Both the position numbers and the translations under genes were made by a program. The notes beneath the pieces are model-generated. The model was not told where the DNA came from. It ran no database searches and worked only from the letters and a program-made list of their open reading frames with translations. A stretch of 60,382 nt of DNA, filler included. It is 3 parts of 3 records of this genome, joined end to end, with 100 filler letters (N's around TTAATTAATTAA, not from the genome) between each part and the next. Parts side by side here need not be neighbours in the genome. Positions count along the whole stretch, not along the records: positions 1 to 17,989 come from SRR20825006_164; positions 18,090 to 39,229 come from SRR20825006_169; 1 more part is not named here. The stretch is one strand, 5' to 3'. Position 1 is the stretch's first letter; each line of letters begins with the position of its first letter. Shown piece after piece: positions 10,801 through 19,484 of this stretch.

Positions 10801-10930
10801 CGCTTCTGCACAAAACCCATTCCTATTTACAAAATCTGATCTGAAAGGTTTTGATCCTGAACTTGGTAGTGGTGATAATTTTATAGCATCGCCAAGAACC
10901 ATTTTATTTGGTTTAAACGTTGCTTTTTAA
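7889..10930 (+). CDS. susC: SusC/RagA TonB-dependent transporter
   Basis: [66 protein letters not shown], C-terminal F. Confidence 0.95.
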   Translation: [1013 protein letters not shown]

Positions 10931-10950
10931 AGAAATTAAATAAAATAGTC

Positions 10951-12558
10951 ATGAAAAAAAATATACTATACATATTCGCATTAATCTCACTCATTTCTTG
11001 TAGTGATATTTTAGATGAAGAACTTACAGGCGACCTAACGGGCGATGGAGTTTTTATAGATGAAGAAGGAATCAACTTCGCCTTAAACGGAGCATATGCA
11101 TCCCTTGGGCTCTTTATAGGAAACAGCCCAGATGGCAGAGACGGCACTAATAGAGAAACCGGATGGACGCTTATTGCCTTTGGAACAGACACCTATACAA
11201 ACGCATCAGACGGTGGCTTTAAATATTTTAATACCTATGATTCCGACCTTAATGCTAGCTCCCAAATTGTAAGTGAGTCTTGGAATGAATTCTATAAAGG
11301 AATTAATGCTGCCAATACAGTTATTAGCAGAGCGCCAGAGGCAATCCCTAATAACCAGCAGAAACTCACAGAAGTTCTTGCTGAAGCTCGCTTTTTAAGA
11401 GCCTACTATTATTATTGGTTGGCTCGTATATGGGGACCTGTCCATTATACTGATGAAGAAACCACAACAGCCGAAACAGAAGCTCATAGAATGGCTTTAG
11501 ATGAATTGTATCCAAAAATAATTGAAGATTTGGAGTACGCAGAAGCAAATTTACCAGGAGTTCAAGACGATTTTGGAAGGGCTACTTCTTGGGCAGCAAA
11601 AGCCACTTTAGCCGATTTGTATCTTACACGAAAAAATTACGATCTTGCAGCTAGTTATGCTGAAGATATTATAGATAAAGGACCATTTTCTTTGGTAAGT
11701 ACGTATGCAGAACTATGGAATCTTGAAAATGAAGAAAATAGTGAAGTAATTTGGTCTACACAATTTGCAGACGAATTAGAGTACGATAACGGCGGAAACC
11801 CTGCACATCTTTTCTTTCTAATGGAGTACGACAAATTACCAGGAATGCAAAGAGATGTTGTTAACGGAAGACCATGGAAAAGGTTTAGACCTACAAATTA
11901 TTTATTAAATTTATACGATATGGAAGATCAAAGGTACGATGGCACATTTACAACGGTATTTTATGCAAATAATCCAGATTCTGCTCCTTCAGGAGTAGCT
12001 GTTGGAGATACTGCTGTATACCTACCTCGTGTACCTTTATCTCAAGCTGAAAAAGATACTAAACCTTATGGAGCAAGTATTTATAATCAAGATGAATATA
12101 CCGAGAAAATATATCCTTCTAGCAAAAAATGGGTACAACCAAACAGAGTCTCTACAAATGAAGAATCTGGAAGTAGAGATTTTATAGCGTATCGTCTAGC
12201 GGAGATCTATTTAATTGCTGCTGAAGCATATGCTTTAAAAGCAACTCCCAATCAAACTAAAGCTCTTTACTATCTAGACGAAGTACGCAAAAGAGCTTAT
12301 GGAGTAGATAACGTATCCGATTTGCCAGTTATTTCTGCAGTAGACCTTAATGTTATTCTTGAAGAAAGAGCAAAAGAGTTGGCTCAAGAAGGAAAAAGAT
12401 GGTTTGATTTAGTGCGTACCGGAAAACTAGTAGAACGCGTAAAAATGCACAACCCACAGGCCGCTTCTTTTATTCAAGAGTATCATAGTTTACGACCTAT
12501 ACCTTTAACACAAATAGATAGAACCTCTAACGAATTTCCACAAAACCCCGGATATTAA
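10951..12558 (+). CDS. susD: SusD/RagB lipoprotein
   Basis: Lipobox LISC, AEARFLRAYYY, RLAEIYLIAAEA, ERAKELAQEGKRWFDLVR, QNPGY. Confidence 0.95.
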   Translation: MKKNILYIFALISLISCSDILDEELTGDLTGDGVFIDEEGINFALNGAYASLGLFIGNSPDGRDGTNRETGWTLIAFGTDTYTNASDGGFKYFNTYDSDLNASSQIVSESWNEFYKGINAANTVISRAPEAIPNNQQKLTEVLAEARFLRAYYYYWLARIWGPVHYTDEETTTAETEAHRMALDELYPKIIEDLEYAEANLPGVQDDFGRATSWAAKATLADLYLTRKNYDLAASYAEDIIDKGPFSLVSTYAELWNLENEENSEVIWSTQFADELEYDNGGNPAHLFFLMEYDKLPGMQRDVVNGRPWKRFRPTNYLLNLYDMEDQRYDGTFTTVFYANNPDSAPSGVAVGDTAVYLPRVPLSQAEKDTKPYGASIYNQDEYTEKIYPSSKKWVQPNRVSTNEESGSRDFIAYRLAEIYLIAAEAYALKATPNQTKALYYLDEVRKRAYGVDNVSDLPVISAVDLNVILEERAKELAQEGKRWFDLVRTGKLVERVKMHNPQAASFIQEYHSLRPIPLTQIDRTSNEFPQNPGY

Positions 12559-12575
12559 TATTCAAAACATGAAAA

Positions 12576-12634
12576 TTTAATGAAACATCCATGATTAACA
12601 ATAAAACTTACTATAATTTGGATGTTTCATTAAA
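12576..12634. repeat. Perfect 16-bp inverted repeat between susD and the DUF1080 gene
   Basis: TTTAATGAAACATCCA (12576-12591), 27-nt loop, TGGATGTTTCATTAAA (12619-12634). Confidence 0.8.
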
Positions 12635-12660
12635 CCATTAAAAACAATAAATACAAACAA

Positions 12661-14043
12661 ATGAAATTAAGAGTTAAAAATTACCAACTTTATGCCTTAG
12701 CTATTGGTCTTACCATTGGATTATCAAGCTGCCAAGAGAGCGCCCCAAAAGACAACACTCCTTGGACTCCATTGTTTAATGGAGAAAATCTAAATGGCTG
12801 GACTCAAAAAGGAGGGGAAGCTAAATACAGAGTCGAAGACGGAAAAGTTATTGGTAGTACAGTCCATAATACTCCAAACTCGTTTATGACTACCAATAAA
12901 ATGTATGACGATTTTATATTAGAACTCGATTATAAAGTAGATTCTACTATGAATTCTGGAATTCAAATCCGCAGTAACAGCACTCCTCAATATCAAAACG
13001 GACGCGTACATGGGTATCAAATAGAAATTGATCCTTCAGATAGAGCATGGAGCGCTGGTATTTATGACGAAGGTAGACGTGGTTGGCTTTTCCCTATTGA
13101 AAATGATAAAAATGCACAACAAGCATTTAAACAAGGAGATTGGAATCATTACCGAATTGAAGCTATTGGAGATACTATAAAAACATGGATTAATGGAGTT
13201 CCGGCAGCACATTTAATTGACGGGAAAACACACTCCGGATTCATAGCATTACAAGTGCATTCCATTGGAAAAGATGCTAAAGAAGGTACAGAAATTATGT
13301 GGAAAAATGTAAATATTCTTACCGATAGTTTAAGTAAATACAGTACAAAAACTCCTGTAGAACCTGTAGTCACTAAAAATAATTTAACCATAGACGAAAA
13401 GAAAAATGGTTGGGAAATGCTTTGGGACGGAAAAACTTCTAATGGATGGAGAGGCGCAAAACTTGAAGAATTTCCAGATAAAGGTTGGGTTATTGAAAAC
13501 GGTATCTTAACTATAATGGAAAGTGATGGAAAAGAATCTGCTGCAGCAGGAGATATTGTAACAAAAAAACTATATCAAGATTTTGAGCTTAAAGTAGATT
13601 TTAAACTTACAAAAGGAGCTAATAGCGGTATTAAATATTATGTTGATACTGAAATTAATAAAGGGCCAGGCTCCTCTATTGGTTTGGAATATCAAATTCT
13701 TGACGACGATAATCATCCAGATGCTAAATTAGGAAATCACGACGGAAGTAGAACTGTAGCTTCTTTGTATGATTTAATTCAGGCAGATCCAAACAAACCA
13801 ATCCACCCTGTTGGAGAATGGAATACTGCTAGAATTGTTTCAAAAGACAATCATGTGGAGCATTGGTTAAACGGAGTAAAAGTGCTTGAATATGAAAGAG
13901 GAAGTAAAGAGTATCGTAAACTGGTTTCAGAAAGTAAATATAAAAAATGGAAGAAATTTGGAGAGCTTGAAAAAGGAAGTATTCTTTTACAAGATCATGG
14001 AAATCGTGTTTCATATAAAAATATTAAAATTAAATCCTTATAA
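12661..14043 (+). CDS. Tandem two-domain DUF1080 (3-keto-glycoside hydratase/hydrolase family) lipoprotein
   Basis: Lipobox LSSC. Two repeats of LF(N/D)G..L.GW / NSGI / YQI / WN / (I)xLQxH, typical of DUF1080. Confidence 0.85.
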   Translation: MKLRVKNYQLYALAIGLTIGLSSCQESAPKDNTPWTPLFNGENLNGWTQKGGEAKYRVEDGKVIGSTVHNTPNSFMTTNKMYDDFILELDYKVDSTMNSGIQIRSNSTPQYQNGRVHGYQIEIDPSDRAWSAGIYDEGRRGWLFPIENDKNAQQAFKQGDWNHYRIEAIGDTIKTWINGVPAAHLIDGKTHSGFIALQVHSIGKDAKEGTEIMWKNVNILTDSLSKYSTKTPVEPVVTKNNLTIDEKKNGWEMLWDGKTSNGWRGAKLEEFPDKGWVIENGILTIMESDGKESAAAGDIVTKKLYQDFELKVDFKLTKGANSGIKYYVDTEINKGPGSSIGLEYQILDDDNHPDAKLGNHDGSRTVASLYDLIQADPNKPIHPVGEWNTARIVSKDNHVEHWLNGVKVLEYERGSKEYRKLVSESKYKKWKKFGELEKGSILLQDHGNRVSYKNIKIKSL

Positions 14044-14053
14044 ACCCTAAATA

Positions 14054-15394
14054 ATGACAACTAGAAGAAACTTTATAAAAAACACCGTATTAAGTAGTAC
14101 TGCTATTGCTGTTGGAAGCTCTGTAATGGGAATGCCTGCAAGTAGTTACAGAAGAATTATTGGATCCAACGACCGCTTAAATGTTGCTATTGCAGGTTTA
14201 GGGAGAAGATTAGGCGCTTATTATGATCCGATTGCACAAAAAGAGAGTAATGTAAACTTGATGTATTTGTGTGACGTTATGGAAAGTCAGAGGCTTAGAG
14301 CTAAGGAGAATTTTTCTAAAATAATTGACTATACACCAAAACTAGAAAACGACATCCGAAAAGTTATTGACGATAAAAAAGTAGATGTCCTCATAAATGC
14401 AACACCAGACCATTGGCATGCACCAGGCTCCATAATGGCGTTAAAAGCTGGAAAAAATGTATATGTTGAAAAACCATGTAGCCATAATATGAATGAGAAT
14501 GAACTTCTGGTAGAAGCTTCTAAAAAATTCAATAAAGTGGTACAAATGGGGAATCAGCAGCGCTCTTCTCCTCACACCATTGAAATTATTAAAGAAATTC
14601 ATAATGGAGTTATAGGAAATCCATACAAAGCTGTTGCTTTCTATAACAATTCAAGAGGAGAAGTGCCTCTTCAAACAAAAGCTGCCATTCCACAAGGTTT
14701 AGATTGGGAATTATGGCAAGGACCAGCAGTGCATAGAGAATATACAGATAATACATGGGACTATAACTGGCATTGGTACGGATGGAATTACGGAACTGCA
14801 GAAACAGGAAATAATGCTACCCATGAGCTAGATGTTGCACGCTGGGCATTACAAGTAGATTTTCCAGAATATGCAGAAGTAGAAGCCGATAAAAGACATT
14901 TTGTAAACGACGGTTGGGAAATGTATGATACCATGGAGGCTACTTTTAAATTTTCTGACAATAAAATTATTCAATGGGATGGTAAAAGTAGAAATGGATA
15001 TAGCACCTATGGAGGTGGACGCGGAACTCTTATTTACGGAAGTGAAGGAACTGTTTATGTTGACCGTGAAAAATATATGTTAATGGATAGAAGTGGAAAA
15101 TTAGTTAAAGAAGTTAATTCTAATTCTAATGAAGCTGGAACTGCTCTTGGAGGAGGCGGAAGCATGTCCACTATGCATGTGGTAAACTTCTTTGAAACCA
15201 TCCGCGGAAAAGAAAAATTGAACGCTCCAATTGACGATGCTAGTATAAGTATGGCTATGGTACATTATGCTAATGTTGCTTATAGAATTGGAAAAGGTTT
15301 CAAGATAAACAATAAAAACGGCCGTATGCTCGACGAAAATGCCATGAAATTATGGGGTCGAGAGTATGAAAAAGGCTGGGAACCTACCTTATAA
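14054..15394 (+). CDS. Tat-exported Gfo/Idh/MocA oxidoreductase
   Basis: TRRNFIK twin-arginine signal, ATPDHWHA, VYVEKP, VQMGNQQRS, DWELWQGPA. Confidence 0.88.
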   Translation: MTTRRNFIKNTVLSSTAIAVGSSVMGMPASSYRRIIGSNDRLNVAIAGLGRRLGAYYDPIAQKESNVNLMYLCDVMESQRLRAKENFSKIIDYTPKLENDIRKVIDDKKVDVLINATPDHWHAPGSIMALKAGKNVYVEKPCSHNMNENELLVEASKKFNKVVQMGNQQRSSPHTIEIIKEIHNGVIGNPYKAVAFYNNSRGEVPLQTKAAIPQGLDWELWQGPAVHREYTDNTWDYNWHWYGWNYGTAETGNNATHELDVARWALQVDFPEYAEVEADKRHFVNDGWEMYDTMEATFKFSDNKIIQWDGKSRNGYSTYGGGRGTLIYGSEGTVYVDREKYMLMDRSGKLVKEVNSNSNEAGTALGGGGSMSTMHVVNFFETIRGKEKLNAPIDDASISMAMVHYANVAYRIGKGFKINNKNGRMLDENAMKLWGREYEKGWEPTL

Positions 15395-15424
15395 TTAGAA
15401 ATTGCACAAAAATAAAAATTGCTT

Positions 15425-15757
15425 ATGAATGATTTTTTTATAACGAAAGAAAACACTTGGGAGGATGTAGACAAAGGGATTAGTAGACAGATAACCAATT
15501 ATAATAAAGACTTAATGATGGTAAAAGTTAAGTTTGAAAAAGGAGCTATTGGATACAAACATCACCATATACACTCGCAAGCATCTTACGTAGCTTCAGG
15601 AAAATTTGAGGTTACTATAGATAATAACACCAAAACATTAGAAACCGGCGATACTTTCTTTGCCAACCCTAATTTAGTCCACGGTGTAGAATGTATAGAA
15701 GCAGGCGTTCTCATTGATGTTTTTAACCCTGCTCGTGAAGATTTTTTATCACAATAA
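15425..15757 (+). CDS. kdgF: KdgF-like cupin (linearises unsaturated monouronates)
   Basis: LMMVKVKFEKGAIG..HHHIHSQASYVASG, HGVECIEAGVLIDVFNPAREDFL. Confidence 0.75.
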   Translation: MNDFFITKENTWEDVDKGISRQITNYNKDLMMVKVKFEKGAIGYKHHHIHSQASYVASGKFEVTIDNNTKTLETGDTFFANPNLVHGVECIEAGVLIDVFNPAREDFLSQ

Positions 15758-15768
15758 ATAATAAATAA

Positions 15769-16575
15769 ATGGATCAACTCAAAAATAAAGTTGCTATAAT
15801 AACTGGAGGGAATGGAGTTTTAGGAGGCGCAATAGCCAAAGGCCTTGCATTACAAAAAGTAAAAGTTGCAATTCTAGGAAGAACAGAAAAAACAGTTTTA
15901 GATAGCGTAAAAGAAATTAAAGAAAACGGTGGAGAAGCCATTGCGCTTATTGCAGATGTTTTAAACCAAAAAGAGTTAGAAATTGCTAAAACAAAAGTTC
16001 TTGATACTTGGGGAAGCATAGATATTTTGGTAAATGCTGCTGGTGGAAACCGAAAAGGAGCCACCATAGCGCCAGATGAAAACTTTTTTGATTTATCGTT
16101 GGAGGATTTTGACAAAGTAAACGATCTTAATTTTAAAGGAACTGTGCTTCCTAGTTTTGTTTTCGGTAAAATAATGGCAAACAATGGTAGAGGAAGTATT
16201 ATTAATATTTCATCTATGGCAGCACAACAAGCTATTACCCGTGTGGTAGGTTACAGTGCAAGTAAAGCAGCTGTAGATAATTTTACAAAGTGGCTTGCTG
16301 TAGAAATGGCTTTAAAATATGGAGATAAAATTCGGGTAAATGCTATCGCTCCAGGCTTTTTTATTGGAGAACAAAACAGAGCCTTGCTTTTAAATACAGA
16401 CGGAACTCTTACTCAACGCGGACAAACAATTGTTGCTCAAACTCCTATGAAACGCTTTGGAGAACCCGAAGAATTACAAGGAGTAACAAATTGGTTAGCT
16501 GGAGATAATTCTTCCTTTGTAACAGGTGTTGTAATTCCTATTGATGGCGGATTTAGCGCTTTTAGCGGAGTGTAA
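15769..16575 (+). CDS. uxuB: SDR-type D-mannonate oxidoreductase / fructuronate reductase
   Basis: TGGNGVLG, NAAGGN, YSASK catalytic motif, RVNAIAPGFF..EQNRALL. Immediately upstream of uxuA. Confidence 0.8.
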   Translation: MDQLKNKVAIITGGNGVLGGAIAKGLALQKVKVAILGRTEKTVLDSVKEIKENGGEAIALIADVLNQKELEIAKTKVLDTWGSIDILVNAAGGNRKGATIAPDENFFDLSLEDFDKVNDLNFKGTVLPSFVFGKIMANNGRGSIINISSMAAQQAITRVVGYSASKAAVDNFTKWLAVEMALKYGDKIRVNAIAPGFFIGEQNRALLLNTDGTLTQRGQTIVAQTPMKRFGEPEELQGVTNWLAGDNSSFVTGVVIPIDGGFSAFSGV

Positions 16576-16585
16576 TAAAGTTATT

Positions 16586-16750
16586 TTGAATGTTGAATGT
16601 TGAATTGTTGGGTTTGCATCTTTTTGAAGTCGCAAAACTGTTTTTTGCCAAATCGCTTATTCATTGAACTTTCAACACTAAACTTTCAACACTAAACTTT
16701 AAACCTTCAACATTTAAACTTTTAACTTTAAACTTTTTAACTATCAACTT
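16586..16750. repeat. Heptamer tandem repeats in opposite orientations
   Basis: (TTGAATG)x2-3 at about 16586-16606 and about 11 AACTTTC/AACACTA/AACTTTA-like units at 16667-16750. Confidence 0.75.
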
Positions 16751-16757
16751 ACTATAA

Positions 16758-17945
16758 ATGAATACCAAATTAGAACAGACATGGCGTTGGTATGGGCCAA
16801 AAGACCCAGTATCGCTATCAGACATAAAGCAAGCAGGGGCAACAGGCATTGTTTCTGCCTTACACCATATTCCCAATGGAGAAGTTTGGACTGTAGATGA
16901 AATAATGGCACACAAAAAAACAATTGAAGCTGCAGGTCTTTCTTGGTCTGTGGTAGAAAGTGTTCCTATTCATGAAAGTATAAAAACTCAAAGTGGAGAT
17001 TATATAGAGTACATCAATAATTACAAGCAAACTATTACAAACCTAGGGGAATGTGGCATAGATACTGTTTGTTATAATTTCATGCCTGTTTTAGATTGGA
17101 CTCGTACAGATTTGGATTATTTATTAGAAGATGGGGCTACGGCACTTCGGTTTGATAAAACAGCTTTTGCTGCCTTTGAACTTTTTTTATTGAAAAGACC
17201 AGACGCTGAAAAAGATTATACCGAAGCCGAAATTGCTGCTGCTAATTCCTGTATAAATAATTTAACTTCAGAAGAAAAAAAACTACTTGTTACTAATATT
17301 ATTGCAGGACTTCCTGGTGCTGAAGAAGGATATTCACTGGAAGAATTTAATGAAATATTAGAAACTTATAAAGATATTGATGCTGAAAAACTAAAACAAC
17401 ATCTTTTCTTCTTTCTAGAAAATATAATTCCTTCCGCAGAAAAAGCAGGAGTTAATATGTGTATCCATCCAGACGACCCGCCCTACCCTATCCTTGGACT
17501 TCCAAGAGTGGTTAGTACAGAACAAGATATTTTAGCTATTTATAAAGCTGTTGACAGTAAGAATAACGGACTCACATTTTGTACCGGATCTTTTGGAGTT
17601 AGAGCGGATAATAATTTAGCTGAAATGATAAAAAATCTTGGAGATCGTATTCACTTTATTCATTTAAGAAGTACTAAAAGAGATGAGCAAGGGAATTTTC
17701 ATGAAGCAAATCATCTAGAGGGAGATGTTGATATGTTTAGTGTAATGAAAGCATTGATTGCGCAACAACAACAAAGAATTTCTGAAGGAAGAAAAGATAT
17801 TAGAATGCCTTTTCGACCAGATCACGGACATAAAATGTTAGACGATTTAAAGAAACATACAAACCCTGGTTATTCTGCTATTGGAAGACTCCGCGGCTTA
17901 GCAGAATTAAGAGGTTTAGAATTAGGAATAAGAAAAACCTCTTAA
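16758..17945 (+). CDS. uxuA: Mannonate dehydratase
   Basis: [65 protein letters not shown]. Confidence 0.96.
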   Translation: MNTKLEQTWRWYGPKDPVSLSDIKQAGATGIVSALHHIPNGEVWTVDEIMAHKKTIEAAGLSWSVVESVPIHESIKTQSGDYIEYINNYKQTITNLGECGIDTVCYNFMPVLDWTRTDLDYLLEDGATALRFDKTAFAAFELFLLKRPDAEKDYTEAEIAAANSCINNLTSEEKKLLVTNIIAGLPGAEEGYSLEEFNEILETYKDIDAEKLKQHLFFFLENIIPSAEKAGVNMCIHPDDPPYPILGLPRVVSTEQDILAIYKAVDSKNNGLTFCTGSFGVRADNNLAEMIKNLGDRIHFIHLRSTKRDEQGNFHEANHLEGDVDMFSVMKALIAQQQQRISEGRKDIRMPFRPDHGHKMLDDLKKHTNPGYSAIGRLRGLAELRGLELGIRKTS

Positions 17946-17965
17946 TAGAGTTACTCAAAAAAATC

Positions 17966-17989
17966 AACTACCTCGAGGCAAGCCTACGA
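17966..17989 (+). repeat. Left end of a dispersed MITE/REP-like repeat, cut by the contig end
   Basis: AACTACCTCGAGGCAAGCCTACGA resembles the copies at 42990 and 45915 (GTAAACTACC...GAGGCAAGCCT). Confidence 0.55.
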
Positions 17990-18089
17990 NNNNNNNNNNN
18001 NNNNNNNNNNNNNNNNNNNNNNNNNNNNNNNNNTTAATTAATTAANNNNNNNNNNNNNNNNNNNNNNNNNNNNNNNNNNNNNNNNNNNN
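17990..18089. other. Artificial contig linker
   Basis: 44 N + TTAATTAATTAA (stops in all six frames) + 44 N, 100 nt in total. Confidence 0.97.
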
Positions 18090-19484
18090 GCCAAACTGGA
18101 AGTTATAGCGCTGCTGGTCTATAGAATAACTACCACGTCCTGCGATATAGATTCCTTTTTCTACGTCTTTGATCATTTCTTCTACTGAATACGGCTCTTT
18201 GCCCGGCTCGAGTGAAACGTTAGGCATACGCTGAAACTGAACATCATTCCAGCTCTGCGCATAACAACATCCGTGGGATTCATTCTGTCCTAAAATGCTT
18301 ACCTGATCACGAATCGCTTCATAATTTACCAGCGTTCCATTACGGATCAAATCCCATTTCTTGGTCTTCACGCCTTCATCATCATAACCTACAGCACCAA
18401 GAGAATGCGGTTGGGTTTTATCGGCTACGATGTTTACAATATCGCTTCCGTATTTAAAGTCTCCGGATTTCCATTTATCTAACGTAGCAAAACTGGTTCC
18501 TGCATAATTGGCTTCGTAACCCAATACACGGTCAAGCTCTAGCGGGTGGCCTACCGACTCGTGAATGGTCAAACCTAGGTGATTAGGCTCTAAAACTAAA
18601 TCATATTTACCAGGCATTACAGACTCAGCAGTAAGCATTTCTTTGGCTTGCTTCGCAGCTGTTGTTGCATCTTCTATAATATCATAGCTGTTGCGGTACA
18701 GGTTGAATCCTGCCGGACTCTTGAGCTTTTCGCTATCTAGTCCGTCCATATATTCGTACCCCATTCCCATTGGTGCGCTGAGCGCATCACGAGACTTGAA
18801 TTTACCCGCCTCGCGGTCTATGGCTGTAACGCCAAAGGTGGGCCAGATGCGGTGAATATCCTGGTCGATATAAGAACCATCAGTAGATGCAAAATACTTT
18901 TGTTCATTCACCATAAACAAGGCTGAATTCACAAAGTTGGCTCCTGCGTTCATTGCAGCTGCATTGGCATCTAACAAGAGTTCTACTTTCTCAGAAACCG
19001 GAACTTCTCTAAAATCTTTTACAATTGGTGTTTTCCAGCTTACTTCACCGTGTGCTTCTACAGGAGCAAGCGTTACCGGCTCCGTTTGAATTTTAGAATT
19101 TGCCTTTGCTATAGAAACTGCTTGTTGTGTGGCTTTTTTGATTCCCGCATCGGTTACATCGTTAGTTGATGCAAAGCCCCAAGTTCCATTAGCGATCACG
19201 CGTACCCCAATACCAAAAGATTCAGTATTTACTACATTTTGCACTTTATCCTCGCGGGTAAATACATATTGATTAAGGTAGCGACCTATACGCGCATCGG
19301 CATACGAAGCGCCGAGGGAGCGTGCGGTGTTTAGCGCCACATCGGCCAGTGATTTTTTGGTAGCAATATCAAGACCAGGTTCTAATAATGCTTCGGCGGC
19401 GATGTTGTTTCCCATCATTGCTGAAGGCACCATCAACGCTCCCGCTCCCAATCCTGCTAATTGCACAAAATTTCTTCTTTTCAT
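18090..19484 (-). CDS. tldD: TldD/PmbA-family metalloprotease with Tat signal, 3' truncated by the contig end
   Basis: MKRRNFVQ signal, GIGVRVIANGTWGFAST, HESVGH (HExxxH), YDDEGV, RMPN. Confidence 0.88.

Noticed and set aside
16586-16750. CRISPR array
   Set aside because: 7-nt period with no unique spacers and no cas genes in the window
16661-16915. 84-aa minus-strand ORF
   Set aside because: Antisense to uxuA, and its tail is just the translated heptamer repeat
17990-18089. TTAATTAATTAA palindrome, repeated at 39274-39285
   Set aside because: Identical N-flanked 100-nt six-frame-stop spacer, so an assembly linker and not biology. ORFs ending in it are truncated by assembly, not pseudogenes.
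2877-19484. Functional link between DUF4159 and the Tat TldD
   Set aside because: Different contigs, and this DUF4159 sits in a TrmH/AI-2E context
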